DNA of 51,157 nucleotides from a virus (Duplodnaviria; Heunggongvirae; Uroviricota; Caudoviricetes): IMG/VR virus record IMGVR_UViG_2925877141_000001; one strand, 5' to 3'. Shown piece by piece: positions 18,730 to 32,838 of this stretch (position 1 is its first letter; each line of letters starts with the position of its first letter). The notes under the pieces were generated by a model. It saw only the letters and a program-made list of their open reading frames with translations, ran no database searches and was not told where the DNA came from. The position numbers and the translations under genes were made by a program.

Positions 18730-19663
18730 TAAATTAACCGGCTATGTATGGGATGGTTGCGCTGCATCAGGCATGAAATTATCCAGCGTGGCAATTATGG
18801 CCCGCCTGGCTGATTTCAGTAATGACGAAGGTGTGTGCTGGCCATCAATTGAAACCATTGCCCGCCAGATTGGCGCGGGAATGAGTACCGTCAGAACGGC
18901 TATCGCACGGCTGGAAGCAGAAGGCTGGTTAACGCGTAAGGCGCGTCGCCAGGGTAACCGCAATGCGTCGAATGTTTATCAGCTTAACGTTGCGAAGCTT
19001 CAGGCAGCGGCATTTTCTCAACTGTCAGATTCTGACCCGTCAAAATCTGACGCATCAAAATCTGACCCGTCAAAATTTGATGCGTCGAAATCTGGCAAAA
19101 AAGCGGGTTTTCACCCGTCAGAATCTGGCGGGGATCCGTCAGTAAAATCAAAACATGATCCGTCAGATAAAAAAACTTCTCGTCCGGACGCTTCGCAACC
19201 GGACACGCAGACGGCTGAACAGGAGTTTTTAACTCGCCATCCTGATGCGGTTGTATTCAGCCCTAAAAAGCGCCAGTGGGGAACGCAGGATGATTTGACC
19301 TGCGCACAGTGGCTCTGGAAAAAAATCATCGCCCTGTACGAGCAGGCCGCCGAATGTGACGGCGAGGTGGTTCGTCCCAAAGAACCGAACTGGACAGCCT
19401 GGGCAAACGAAATTCGCCTGATGTGTGTGCAGGATGGTCGTACTCATAAACAAATCTGCGAGATGTACAGCCGCGTCAGCCGCGATCCGTTCTGGTGCCG
19501 TAACGTGCTCAGCCCGTCGAAGCTGCGGGAAAAATGGGATGAGCTTTCCCTGCGCTTATCGCCGTCCATCAGCACATACACAGAAAAACGCGAAGACCCG
19601 TATTTCAAATCCAGTTACGACAACGTGGACTACAGCCAGATCCCGGCAGGATTCAGGGGGTGA
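18722..19663 (+). CDS. Replication initiator, lambda O-like (iteron-binding)
   Basis: N-terminal HTH-like region; internal tandem repeats (DPSKSDASKSDPSKFDASKSG) encoded by iteron-like DNA repeats. Confidence 0.7.
   Translation: MSTKLTGYVWDGCAASGMKLSSVAIMARLADFSNDEGVCWPSIETIARQIGAGMSTVRTAIARLEAEGWLTRKARRQGNRNASNVYQLNVAKLQAAAFSQLSDSDPSKSDASKSDPSKFDASKSGKKAGFHPSESGGDPSVKSKHDPSDKKTSRPDASQPDTQTAEQEFLTRHPDAVVFSPKKRQWGTQDDLTCAQWLWKKIIALYEQAAECDGEVVRPKEPNWTAWANEIRLMCVQDGRTHKQICEMYSRVSRDPFWCRNVLSPSKLREKWDELSLRLSPSISTYTEKREDPYFKSSYDNVDYSQIPAGFRG
19020..19150. repeat. Iteron-like direct repeats (putative replication origin inside the O-like gene)
   Basis: Repeated CCGTCAAAATCTGAC / CCGTCAGAATCTG units. 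Confidence 0.6.
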
Positions 19664-20154
19664 GCATGAGTCTTTTGAATGAAGTTCAGAAATTCATTGA
19701 AGCCCATCCGGGCTGTACTTCCGGAGACATTGCGGATGCTTTTGCAGGTTACTCACGGCAGCGCGTTCTGCAGTCAGCAAGCAAGTTACGTCAGAGTGGG
19801 CGTGTGGCTCACCGTTGTGAAGGGGATACACGCAGACATTTCCCGCGCCTGACTGAGAGAGCGCAGGAGCCGGAACCACAACCAGTTCGTGAAACCAGAC
19901 CTGTGCGCAATTTCTATGTCGGCACTAACGATCCACGGGTGATTTTGTGCCTGACCCGCCAGGCTGAAGAACTGGAGTCCAGGGGCCTATACCGTCGTGC
20001 TGCAACGGTGTGGATGGCGGCATTCCGTGAAAGCCACTCCCAGCCAGAACGAAACAATTTTCTGGCGCGTCGTGAGCAGTGCTTACAGAAAAGCAGCAAG
20101 CGCGCTGCATCGGGTGAAGAGTGGTATCTGTCAGGGAATTACGTGGGGGCGTAA
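19660..20154 (+). CDS. Hypothetical replication-region protein
   Basis: 164-aa ORF following O with overlapping start; unrecognised. Confidence 0.45.
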   Translation: MSMSLLNEVQKFIEAHPGCTSGDIADAFAGYSRQRVLQSASKLRQSGRVAHRCEGDTRRHFPRLTERAQEPEPQPVRETRPVRNFYVGTNDPRVILCLTRQAEELESRGLYRRAATVWMAAFRESHSQPERNNFLARREQCLQKSSKRAASGEEWYLSGNYVGA

Positions 20155-20480
20155 TGACGACGTTAACTCAATGCCAGCAGCAGGTGCTGGATATGCTGAT
20201 TTCTTATCAGAAAGAGCGTGGCTTTCCGCCAACCAATCAGGAGGTGGCAACCATGCTGGGATACCGTTCGGTGAATGCAGCGGTGGAGCATCTTCGCGCA
20301 CTGGAGAAAAAAGGCGTCATCACGATAAAGCGTGGCGTGGCACGGGGGATAACGCTTCATACCGCTGTGAAGGACGACGACAGCGAGGCGGTCGGGATTA
20401 TCCGCGCACTGCTTGCCGGTGAGGAAAACAGCAGGCTGCGTGCAGCCCACTGGTTACATGAGAGGGGCCTGAAAGTATGA
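20154..20480 (+). CDS. Small DNA-binding protein with LexA-like winged-helix N-terminal domain
   Basis: MTTLTQCQQQVLDMLISYQKERGFPPTNQEVATMLGYRSVNAAVEHLRALEKKGVI resembles the LexA DNA-binding domain. Confidence 0.5.
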   Translation: MTTLTQCQQQVLDMLISYQKERGFPPTNQEVATMLGYRSVNAAVEHLRALEKKGVITIKRGVARGITLHTAVKDDDSEAVGIIRALLAGEENSRLRAAHWLHERGLKV

Positions 20481-20866
20481 AGCTGATTCTGCCTTTTCCG
20501 CCCAGCGTGAACACGTACTGGCGACACCCCAACAAAGGGGCGTTTGCTGGTAAGAGCCTGATAAGCGCGGCGGGGCGAAAATTCCAGAGCGCGGCGTGCG
20601 CAGCAATAGTTGAGCAGTTACGTCGTCTGCCGAAACCAACGTCGGCACCTGCTTCAGTGGAGATCGTGTTGTTTCCTCCGGATAACCGGATCCGCGATCT
20701 GGACAACTATAACAAGGCGCTGTTTGACGCCCTGACCCACGCGGGTGTGTGGGAAGACGACAGCCAGGTGAAAAGAATGCTGGTGGAGTGGGGACCGGTT
20801 ATCCCGGAAGGGAAGGTCGAGATCACTATCAGTAAGTACGAGAAAACGGCGGGTGCAGCCGCCTGA
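20477..20866 (+). CDS. rusA: RusA-family Holliday junction resolvase
   Basis: MKLILPFPPSVNTYWR... N-terminus recognised as RusA-like. Confidence 0.8.
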   Translation: MKLILPFPPSVNTYWRHPNKGAFAGKSLISAAGRKFQSAACAAIVEQLRRLPKPTSAPASVEIVLFPPDNRIRDLDNYNKALFDALTHAGVWEDDSQVKRMLVEWGPVIPEGKVEITISKYEKTAGAAA

Positions 20867-20885
20867 GCAAAAGGAGAAACGAAGT

Positions 20886-21695
20886 ATGAATAATCTGATG
20901 GTCATTGATGGTATTGAAGTTCGTCGTGATGCTTATGGGCGTTACAGCCTGAACGATCTGCATCGCGCAGCAGTAGCATCTGGTGCAAATGCCAGAACCA
21001 AGGAGCCAGGAAAGTTTCTTTCCAGCCAACAAACTGTTGAACTTGTTCATGAATTGACCAACACCCAGAATTTGGGTGTTGACCCGGTGAGTGTGATTCA
21101 TGGGGGAAATGAACGGGGAACTTATGTCTGCAAGGAACTGGTGTATGCCTATGCAATGTGGATCAGCCCGTCATTCCATCTGAAGGTGATCCGTACTTTC
21201 GATATGGTAACCAGCGCACCGGAAAAATTATCCGGGCAGGCTGCTGACAAGATGCAGGCTGGAGTGATTCTGCTGGACTTTATGCGCAGGGAGTTAAACC
21301 TGTCTAACTCTTCAGTGCTTGGGGCCTGTCAGAAACTCCAGGAGGCTGTTGGCTTACCGAATCTGGCACCGCGCTATGCCATTGATGCTCCTGCTGACGC
21401 GCCTGATGGCTCAAGCCGCCCCACGCTGTCACTGAGTGCATTGCTGAAGCAGTATGGTATCCGCCTGACAGCTAATCAGGTATATCACCAGATGGTGAAG
21501 CTGGGGATCGTCGAGCAGCGCGAACGATACAGCCGTACCGCGATTAACAACATCAAAAAATTCTGGTCACTGACAGCGAAAGGCTGCATGTTCGGCAAGA
21601 ACATCACCAGTCCCGCAAATCCGCGCGAGACGCAGCCGCATTTCTTCGAATCCCGATTCCCTGAGCTGTTAAAGCTGCTCGATACCGTACATTGA
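20886..21695 (+). CDS. KilA-N domain protein
   Basis: N-terminal MNNLMVIDGIEVRRDAYGRYSLNDLHRAA... matches the KilA-N pattern. Confidence 0.6.
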   Translation: MNNLMVIDGIEVRRDAYGRYSLNDLHRAAVASGANARTKEPGKFLSSQQTVELVHELTNTQNLGVDPVSVIHGGNERGTYVCKELVYAYAMWISPSFHLKVIRTFDMVTSAPEKLSGQAADKMQAGVILLDFMRRELNLSNSSVLGACQKLQEAVGLPNLAPRYAIDAPADAPDGSSRPTLSLSALLKQYGIRLTANQVYHQMVKLGIVEQRERYSRTAINNIKKFWSLTAKGCMFGKNITSPANPRETQPHFFESRFPELLKLLDTVH

Positions 21696-21696
21696 G

Positions 21697-22692
21697 GTGA
21701 CTGTGAGAGCACTACTGACCCCTGAAATTGCCCCGCGTATGGGGATCGTATTGTTCAGACCAGGTTCAGAGCTGATGCCCCTGTTTATGCAGGGGCGTGT
21801 CCTGCTGGAGCCTGAGCCGGAACGTTATTCATCTTTCGCCAGTGGTGCCGTTCCGGCGGCATCACAACCGCTGGCGGATGATCCTGCCGTTCGGGCCGTG
21901 TTCCGCAATGAGGCAGTGATCCGTCGTGCTGGTGGCGTGGAATGTCTTGAAAGCTGTTTACTTCGTGAAAAAGGCTGCCAGTGGCCTTATTCCGACTGGC
22001 ACAGCGAGAACATGACCACAATGCGACACGCGCCGGGCGCAATCCGTCTGTGCTGGCACTGCGATAACCAGCTGCGCGATCAGTTCACGGAACGGCTGGA
22101 ATCAATGGCAACGGATAACTGTGCCCGCTGGGTGTTGTCTGTTGTGCGTCGGGATCTCGGTTTTGATGACAGTCACGTTGTGACAATGCCGGAACTGTGC
22201 TGGTGGCTGATTCGTAATGATCTGGCGGATGCCTTACCGGAAAGTGCAGCCCGTAAGGCACTGAGATTACTGAAGCCTGTTGTGCCGTCTGTCACCCGGG
22301 AAAGTGACCTTGTGCCTTCGGTTCCTGCCACCAGCATCATCCAGGATAAGGCGAAAAAGGTGCTGGCGCTGAAAGTGGATCCGGAGTCGCCGGAGTCTTT
22401 TATGTTACGCCCAAAACGTCGCCGCTGGGTTAATGAAAAGTACACGCGCTGGGTTAAGACACAGCCGTGTGCATGTTGTGGAAAGCCCGCTGATGATCCC
22501 CACCACCTGATAGGTCACGGTCAGAGGGGAATGGGTACAAAAGCGCATGACCTCTTTGTGTTGCCTTTGTGCAGAAAGCATCACGACGAGCTGCATGCGG
22601 ATACCGTGGCATTTGAAGAGAAGTATGGCTCCCAGTTGGAGCTGATATTTCGTTTTATCGATAGTGCGCTGGCAATAGGAGTACTGGCGTAA
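21697..22692 (+). CDS. DUF968-like phage protein with C-terminal Cys/His cluster
   Basis: GTG start; C-terminal CACCGKPADDPHHLIGHGQRGMGTKAHDLFVLPLCRKHHDELH metal-binding-like motif. Confidence 0.5.
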   Translation: MTVRALLTPEIAPRMGIVLFRPGSELMPLFMQGRVLLEPEPERYSSFASGAVPAASQPLADDPAVRAVFRNEAVIRRAGGVECLESCLLREKGCQWPYSDWHSENMTTMRHAPGAIRLCWHCDNQLRDQFTERLESMATDNCARWVLSVVRRDLGFDDSHVVTMPELCWWLIRNDLADALPESAARKALRLLKPVVPSVTRESDLVPSVPATSIIQDKAKKVLALKVDPESPESFMLRPKRRRWVNEKYTRWVKTQPCACCGKPADDPHHLIGHGQRGMGTKAHDLFVLPLCRKHHDELHADTVAFEEKYGSQLELIFRFIDSALAIGVLA

Positions 22693-22705
22693 GTGGAGAA
22701 CGAGC

Positions 22706-23458
22706 ATGAACCTTGAAGCTTTACCAAAATATTACTCCCCAAAATCTCCAAAATTGAGTGATGACGCACCGGCGACAGGCTCGGGTGGTTTAACAATTAC
22801 AGATGTGATGGCTGCGCAGGGGATGGTGCAGTCGAAAGCACCGCTTGGGTTTGCCTTATTCCTGGCAAAAGTTGGTGTTCAGGATCCTCAGTTTGCGATT
22901 GAAGGTCTGCTCAATTACGCGATGGCACTGGATAACCCGACATTGAACAAATTGAGTGAAGAAACCCGGCTACAGATCATTCCTTACCTTGTGAATTTTG
23001 CCTTTGCTGATTATTCCAGGTCTGCGGCAAGTAAGGCTCGCTGTGAGCGTTGTGCTGGTACTGGATTTCATAATGTATTGCGCGAAGTGGTGAAACACTC
23101 CAGAAGCGGGGAGTCTGTTATCAAAGAAGAGTGGGTGAAGGAACTATGTCAGCATTGTCATGGTAAGGGAGAAGTCAGCACAGCGTGCAGAGGGTGTAAG
23201 GGTAAAGGTATTGTCCTGGATGAAAAAAGAACCCGGCTTCATGGCACGCCTGTTTATAAGATTTGTGGGCGTTGCAATGGAAACCGGTTTAGCCGTTTAC
23301 CAACCACACTGGCGCGGCTTCATGTCAAGAAGCTGGTACCAGACCTGACGGATTATCAGTGGTACAAAGGATATGCAGATGTCATTGATAAACTGATTAC
23401 AAAGTGCTGGCAGGAAGAGGCATATGCTGAGATGCAATTGAGAAAAGTGACGAAATAA
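22706..23458 (+). CDS. Q: Late-gene antiterminator Q-like protein
   Basis: Position upstream of the lysis cassette; Cys-rich zinc-binding region (CERCAGTG...CQHCHGKGE...CRGCKGKG...CGRCNG); GGAG RBS. Confidence 0.75.
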   Translation: MNLEALPKYYSPKSPKLSDDAPATGSGGLTITDVMAAQGMVQSKAPLGFALFLAKVGVQDPQFAIEGLLNYAMALDNPTLNKLSEETRLQIIPYLVNFAFADYSRSAASKARCERCAGTGFHNVLREVVKHSRSGESVIKEEWVKELCQHCHGKGEVSTACRGCKGKGIVLDEKRTRLHGTPVYKICGRCNGNRFSRLPTTLARLHVKKLVPDLTDYQWYKGYADVIDKLITKCWQEEAYAEMQLRKVTK

Positions 23459-23489
23459 ATGATTTTCACCGAAGATGGCGACATGATGC

Positions 23490-23593
23490 TTGCATTTTTC
23501 AAAAAATCTGGTTAGGATTTTTTCAATGATGGGCTTTGTCTGTTTACCATTAAATCGCCTAAGAAATCCGCAATGATGCGGGTTTCTTGTTTG
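23490..23593 (+). promoter_or_regulatory. pR'-like late promoter and tR'-like terminator downstream of Q
   Basis: TTGCAT-17 nt-TAGGAT at 23490-23518; hairpin CCGCA-ATGA-TGCGG followed by a T-rich tract at 23568-23593. Confidence 0.4.
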
Positions 23594-23603
23594 TAGCAAG
23601 TGC

Positions 23604-24857
23604 ATGATGATATTGTTTATGCAGGTTGTTACATGTATGGGCGGAAAAATGGATATCTTTGAGTCGTTTAAAGCAGAGAAGCAGAAAAACCATAAAGTTA
23701 ATATTTACTATACTCCTTCGAAACCAGTTTCTTCACCTTCGAATTTGAGAGGGAGGAATGAAGAAATACAGAAGATTTTAGCAGCATTAACAACCCCTGG
23801 TCGCCATTGTATGATCTATGGTGATCGTGGTATCGGCAAAAGTTCCCTTGCTCTATCTACTCTTGAGGGAGGAAAAGAGCATGAGATTTTACCAGAAATA
23901 GTTTTTCAATATCGCTGTATAAAAAATACAACGTTTAAAGACATTATTGAAAAAGCTGCTATTTTTATCGATGAAGCCTATAAACATGATAAAGTTGAAA
24001 CTACTAAGAAGTATGGTGCTAGAGCTCGTTTTTTAGATATATTCAGTTTGGAAGGCTCTAGGGAAGAAAAAATTACTATTGAAAAAGAAGAGTTGACGGC
24101 AAATAAAGCTGCTTCTGTTTTACATCACCTCGAGTCTGTACTTCTTATTGATGAATTTGATGTTGTCAAAGAAGAAGTAAAGCATGAAGTAGCAGAGTTT
24201 GTAAAGCAACTTAGCGATGCTGGAAGTCCATTTAAAGTTTTGATAGTTGGCATAGGTTCTGATGGTGCAGCTTTAATGGCTGGGCATCAGTCAGTAATAC
24301 GTTGTATGCATGAAATAAAGTTGCCGCGTGTTGAAGATAAATATCTATCAGAGATAATCGAAAGCGGTGAAAATGGATTGGGTTTGACTTTTTCGCAGCC
24401 AATAAAAAAATCTATTATCGAGATTAGCAGCGGATTCCCTTATTTTACTCATTTATTATGTAAGGAATGTGCAGAAGAGGCTATCCGCCAGTCAAAAACT
24501 ATTATTGATAGAAGTATTTTTGAACAAGCCTTGATCGTTGCAGTGAAAAATACTGAAGGTCAATTAAAACGTTGTTACGATCTCGCCGTAACATCTTCTA
24601 GAACCGACATGTATCCCAAGATCCTTTTATCTGCGGCAAAATTTAAAAATGAACAATTTAGCGTCAAAAATTGGATAGAGCAAATTGCTGAAGATCATGG
24701 CTTAGAGCTTACATATGGAAGTATGAATAATTATACTGGTAAGTTAATAAAAGCTGAGCGAGGAGAAATTCTTCAGTTAGTTAGAAGAGGGGTATATAAA
24801 ATCACGGATCCAAGAATGCCAAGTTATATTCTTATGTGCCACAATGCGATCCCTTAA
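23604..24857 (+). CDS. P-loop ATPase (AAA+/STAND-like) with ~250-aa C-terminal region of unknown function
   Basis: Walker A GDRGIGKSS and Walker B-like VLLIDEFD; AT-rich; alternative start 23649 (MDIFESF). Confidence 0.65.
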   Translation: MMILFMQVVTCMGGKMDIFESFKAEKQKNHKVNIYYTPSKPVSSPSNLRGRNEEIQKILAALTTPGRHCMIYGDRGIGKSSLALSTLEGGKEHEILPEIVFQYRCIKNTTFKDIIEKAAIFIDEAYKHDKVETTKKYGARARFLDIFSLEGSREEKITIEKEELTANKAASVLHHLESVLLIDEFDVVKEEVKHEVAEFVKQLSDAGSPFKVLIVGIGSDGAALMAGHQSVIRCMHEIKLPRVEDKYLSEIIESGENGLGLTFSQPIKKSIIEISSGFPYFTHLLCKECAEEAIRQSKTIIDRSIFEQALIVAVKNTEGQLKRCYDLAVTSSRTDMYPKILLSAAKFKNEQFSVKNWIEQIAEDHGLELTYGSMNNYTGKLIKAERGEILQLVRRGVYKITDPRMPSYILMCHNAIP

Positions 24858-24896
24858 TTTTCTATTCATAATCACAAATATTTAATTATTCTTTTA

Positions 24897-24925
24897 AACA
24901 GGCTCCCTTTAGGGGCCTGTTTTTA
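24897..24925 (+). terminator. Intrinsic terminator after the ATPase gene
   Basis: ACAGGCTCCC-TTT-AGGGGCCTGT hairpin followed by TTTTT. Confidence 0.7.
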
Positions 24926-25023
24926 CTTATATGGGTGGTATTGTTTCTATGACTAGTTAGCAAATCCTCCATTAAATATTTTACTTTCATTATATGTCCT
25001 GACTTTCTGTAGGCGGCGAAACC

Positions 25024-25341
25024 GTGGCTATTCATATGCACGAAAAAGAGAGCCTTGCCGGAGCGTTCTGGCTCGTCTTGCTGATCATCGCTGGTTGGGG
25101 CGGTCTGGTCCGCTATCTGATAGATGTGAAGCAGAGTAAAGCAACGTGGAGTTGGATAAATGCTCTGGCACAAATAGTTGTATCAGGATTCACCGGTGTT
25201 ATTGGTGGCCTGATTAGTATTGAAAGTGGCTTCAGCATTTACATGATTCTCGCGACGGCGGGGATTAGCGGTGCGATGGGTTCGGTTGCACTGACGTACT
25301 TTTGGGAACGACTGACAGGGGTGAAAAATGCAAAATCTTAA
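25024..25341 (+). CDS. Putative holin
   Basis: Small protein with three hydrophobic segments immediately upstream of and overlapping the endolysin gene; GTG at 25024 or ATG at 25036. Confidence 0.65.
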   Translation: MAIHMHEKESLAGAFWLVLLIIAGWGGLVRYLIDVKQSKATWSWINALAQIVVSGFTGVIGGLISIESGFSIYMILATAGISGAMGSVALTYFWERLTGVKNAKS

Positions 25342-25804
25342 TCCTCAGCGTAAAGCTTTCCTCGATATGGTGGCATGGTCAGAAGGAACGGATAACGGAC
25401 GGCAGAAAACCAGAAATCATGGTTATGACGTCATTGTAGGCGGAGAGCTATTTACTGATTACTCCGATCATCCTCGCAAACTTGTCACACTAAACCCAAA
25501 ACTAAAATCAACAGCCGCCGGACGTTATCAGCTTCTTTCACGCTGGTGGGATGCTTACCGTAAGCAGCTTGCTCTGAAAGACTTCTCTCCGAAAAGTCAG
25601 GACGCTGTGGCATTGCAACAGATTAAGGAGCGTGGCGCTTTACCGATGATTGATCGCGGTGATATTCGTCAGGCAATTGACCGTTGCAGCAATATCTGGG
25701 CTTCACTGCCGGGCGCTGGTTATGGTCAGTTCGAGCATAAGGCTGACAGCCTGATTGCAAAATTCAAAGAAGCAGGCGGAACGGTCAGAGAGATTGAGGT
25801 ATGA
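25328..25804 (+). CDS. R: Endolysin, lambda R-like lytic transglycosylase
   Basis: Translation (…[45 protein letters not shown]…) recognised as near-identical to lambda R. Confidence 0.9.
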   Translation: MQNLNPQRKAFLDMVAWSEGTDNGRQKTRNHGYDVIVGGELFTDYSDHPRKLVTLNPKLKSTAAGRYQLLSRWWDAYRKQLALKDFSPKSQDAVALQQIKERGALPMIDRGDIRQAIDRCSNIWASLPGAGYGQFEHKADSLIAKFKEAGGTVREIEV

Positions 25805-26244
25805 GCAGAGTAACCGCGATTATTTCCGCTCTGGTTATCTGCATCATCGTCTGCCTGTCATGGGCTGTTAATCATTACCGTGATAATGCAATCGCCTACA
25901 AAGAGCAGCGCGATAAGGCCACATCCACAATCGCTGACATGCAGAAGCGTCAACGTGACGTAGCAGAACTCGATGCCAGATATACAAAGGAGCTTGCTGA
26001 TGCTAACGCGACTATTGAAAGTCTCCGTGCTGATGTTTCTGCTGGGCGTAAGCGGCTGCGCTTCAATGCAGTCTGTCCCGACATGCATAAAATCACCGCC
26101 GCCTCCGGCGTGGATGATGGCGCCAGCCCCAGACTTACTGACACCGCTCAACGGGATTATTTCACCCTTAGAAAGCGGATTGAAACCAGTGATAAAATGA
26201 TCCGAGGCTTGCAGCAATACATTCGAACGCAGTGTGTAAGATGA
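25801..26244 (+). CDS. Rz: Spanin inner-membrane subunit, lambda Rz-like
   Basis: [31 protein letters not shown]... recognised as Rz; ATGA overlap with R. Confidence 0.85.
   Translation: MSRVTAIISALVICIIVCLSWAVNHYRDNAIAYKEQRDKATSTIADMQKRQRDVAELDARYTKELADANATIESLRADVSAGRKRLRFNAVCPDMHKITAASGVDDGASPRLTDTAQRDYFTLRKRIETSDKMIRGLQQYIRTQCVR
26000..26200 (+). CDS. Rz1: Spanin outer-membrane lipoprotein, Rz1-like, embedded in Rz in another frame
   Basis: Signal/lipobox (LLGVSGCAS) and proline-rich [24 protein letters not shown] region. Confidence 0.75.
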   Translation: MLTRLLKVSVLMFLLGVSGCASMQSVPTCIKSPPPPAWMMAPAPDLLTPLNGIISPLESGLKPVIK

Positions 26245-26624
26245 GCAACCTTTGCTAATTAGCCATGAAATAGATAAATATCAGGCCAAAGATGATTAGT
26301 GCCAGGCATCCTAATTGGTCAGAATGGCTGGCATTTGATCGCCTTGCTCTTCTTGCAGTTGACTGGACAGCTCTCTGTCCCCGACTTCCTCTTGGCATTC
26401 CTCTCATTTATTCTCTCTCAACATTGATATTGAACTGACAGATGATAATTATTTCATGAAAGTGGTATCTCGTTGATTTGATTACGCTACATAGTCGCCG
26501 GATTTTCGCATTTATCGGCATCGGGCGGTGCAAAATTGACATAATCGAAACGTAGAGTTTTTGGCTGACAACAGCATTAGCGGTCACCCGGAGAGTGTTG
26601 TGAACATGTTAATTACAGGACGCT

Positions 26625-26943
26625 TTAGATGCATCGACATTTGATGATGCTTGTCAGACCTGTCATTTTCTTTGCTTCATTTTCAACATTGAGGAAGTTG
26701 GTTGAGCATATTTTTTGATAATCTCCAGTTGTGAATCCTGTTTTATCGTTCTTGCGTTTCAGGGGATTAATCGTTTTGCAAGATGCGCTATGGATTCTGG
26801 TAAAGCGTTCGTCAGATTTATTACCTTTACCTCTGGTTCGCTTCAATGTATTGACAACATATCCGTCTGGATTATCGCTAAGCCAATTACGATAGTCTGA
26901 TTCACTCTCAGTCTGAAGGTCACTTCTGAATACCTTTATGGAC
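26625..26943 (-). CDS. Hypothetical accessory protein between lysis genes and cos
   Basis: AT-rich ORF on the opposite strand in the position lambda uses for bor; not similar to Bor; start ambiguous. Confidence 0.4.
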
Positions 26944-27093
26944 ATTAAGATACTCCTGTGCATTTATGGTACGAAGAAATAGCAAGAGGATTTTTACCGT
27001 AAATTGCGAATCTACAAAAGCAAAACAATGCGTAATATCAGAGTGAATATTCTGCCTTTAATGTGGGTCCTTCTGGTGACCTGAGCTCTCACG

Positions 27094-27105
27094 GGGCGGA
27101 AGGCG
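27094..27105. other. cos cohesive-end region (cosN equivalent), variant relative to lambda
   Basis: GGGCGGAAGGCG followed by CGCGGGTTTTCGCTATTTATGAAAATTTTCCGG, which matches the remembered lambda left end; lambda cosN remembered as GGGCGGCGACCT. Confidence 0.6.
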
Positions 27106-27282
27106 CGCGGGTTTTCGCTATTTATGAAAATTTTCCGGTTTAAGGCGTTTCCGTTCTTCTTCGTCGTAACTTAATGTTTTTATTTAAAATACCCCCTGAA
27201 AAGAAAGGAAACGACAGGTGCTGAAAGCGAGCTTTTTGGCCTCTGTCGTTTCCTTTCTCTGTTTTTGTCCGTGGAATGAACA

Positions 27283-27802
27283 ATGGAAGTCAACAAAAAG
27301 CAGCTGGCTGACATTTTCGGTGCGAGTATCCGTACCATTCAGAACTGGCAGGAACAGGGAATGCCCGTTCTGCGAGGCGGTGGCAAGGGTAATGAGGTGC
27401 TTTATGACTCTGCCGCCGTCATAAAATGGTATGCCGAAAGGGATGCTGAAATTGAGAACGAAAAGCTGCGCCGGGAAGTTGAAGAACTGCGGCAGGCCAG
27501 CGAGGCAGATCTCCAGCCAGGGACTATTGAGTACGAACGCCATCGACTTACGCGTGCGCAGGCCGACGCACAGGAACTGAAGAATGCCAGAGACTCCGCT
27601 GAAGTGGTGGAAACCGCATTCTGTACTTTCGTGCTGTCGCGGATCGCAGGTGAAATTGCCAGTATTCTCGACGGGATCCCCCTGTCGGTGCAGCGGCGTT
27701 TTCCGGAACTGGAAAACCGACATGTTGATTTCCTGAAACGGGATATCATCAAAGCCATGAACAAAGCAGCCGCGCTGGATGAACTGATACCGGGGTTGCT
27801 GA

Positions 27803-27828
<26 letters not shown>
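27283..27828 (+). CDS. nu1: Terminase small subunit
   Basis: MEVNKKQLADIFGASIRTIQNWQEQGMPVLRGGGKGNEVLYD... recognised as lambda Nu1. Confidence 0.95.
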
Positions 27829-31509
<3,681 letters not shown>

Positions 31510-31529
<20 letters not shown>

Positions 31530-32829
31530 TCTCCCGCATATTGCCAGTATGGCCTTTAATGAGCCGCTGATGCTTGAACCCGCCTATGCGCGGGTTTTCT
31601 TTTGTGCGCTTGCAGGCCAGCTTGGGATCAGCCGCCTGACGGATGCAGTATCCGGCGACAGCCTGACTGCCGGAGAGGCACCCGCGGCGCTGGCGTTATC
31701 CGGTGATGATGACGGACCACGACAGGCCCGCAGTTATCAGGTCATGAACGGCATCGCCGTGCTGCCGGTGTCCGGTACGCTGGTCAGCCGGACGCGGGCG
31801 CTGCAGCCGTATTCGGGAATGACCGGTTACAACGGCATTATCGCCCGTCTGCAACAGGCTGCCAGCGATCCGATGGTGGACGGCATTCTGCTCGATATGG
31901 ACACACCGGGCGGGATGGTGGCGGGAGCATTTGACTGTGCTGACATCATCGCCCGTGTGCGAGACATAAAACCGGTATGGGCGCTGGCCAACGACATGAA
32001 CTGCAGTGCAGGTCAGCTGCTTGCCAGTGCCGCCTCCCGGCGTCTGGTCACGCAGACCGCCCGGACAGGCTCCATCGGCGTCATGATGGCTCACAGTAAT
32101 TACGGTGCTGCGCTGGAGAAACAGGGCGTGGAAATCACGCTGATTTACAGCGGCAGCCATAAGGTGGATGGCAACCCCTACAGCCATCTACCGGATGATG
32201 TCCGGGAAACACTGCAGTCCCGGATGGATGCAACCCGCCGGATGTTTGCACAGAAGGTGTCGGCATATACCGGCCTGTCCGTGCAGGCTGTGCTGGATAC
32301 CGAGGCTGCAGTGTACAGCGGTCAGGAGGCCATTGATGCCGGACTGGCTGATGAACTTGTGAACAGTACCGATGCGATCACCGTCATGCGTGATGCACTG
32401 GATGCACGTAAATCCCGTCTCTCAGGAGGGCGAATGACCAAAGAGACTCAATCAACAACTGTTTCAGCCACTGCTTCGCAGGCTGATGTTACTGGCGTGG
32501 TGCCAGCGACGGAGGGCGAGAACGCCAGCGCTGCGCAGCCGGACGTGAACGCGCAGATCACCGCAGCGGTTGCGGCAGAAAACAGTCGCATTATGGGGAT
32601 CCTCAACTGTGAGGAGGCTCACGGACGCGAAGAACAGGCCCGCGTGCTGGCAGAAACCCCCGGTATGACCGTGGAAACGGCCCGCCGCATTCTGGCAGCT
32701 GCACCACAGAGTGCACAGGCGCGCAGTGACACTGCGCTGGATCGTCTGATGCAGGGGGCACCGGCACCGCTGGCTGCAGGTAACCCGGCATCTGATGCCG
32801 TTAACGATTTGCTGAACACACCAGTGTAA
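31510..32829 (+). CDS. C: Head maturation protease/scaffold (C; Nu3 in-frame within the 3' part)
   Basis: GTG at 31510 gives MTAELRNLPHIASMAFNEPLM... as remembered for lambda C; internal MTKETQSTTVSATAS resembles the Nu3 start. Confidence 0.85.
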
Positions 32830-32838
32830 GGGATGTTT

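Noticed and set aside
19111-20706. Short ORFs overlapping the O-like and downstream replication-region genes
   Set aside because: Overlap better-supported sense ORFs with coupled starts.
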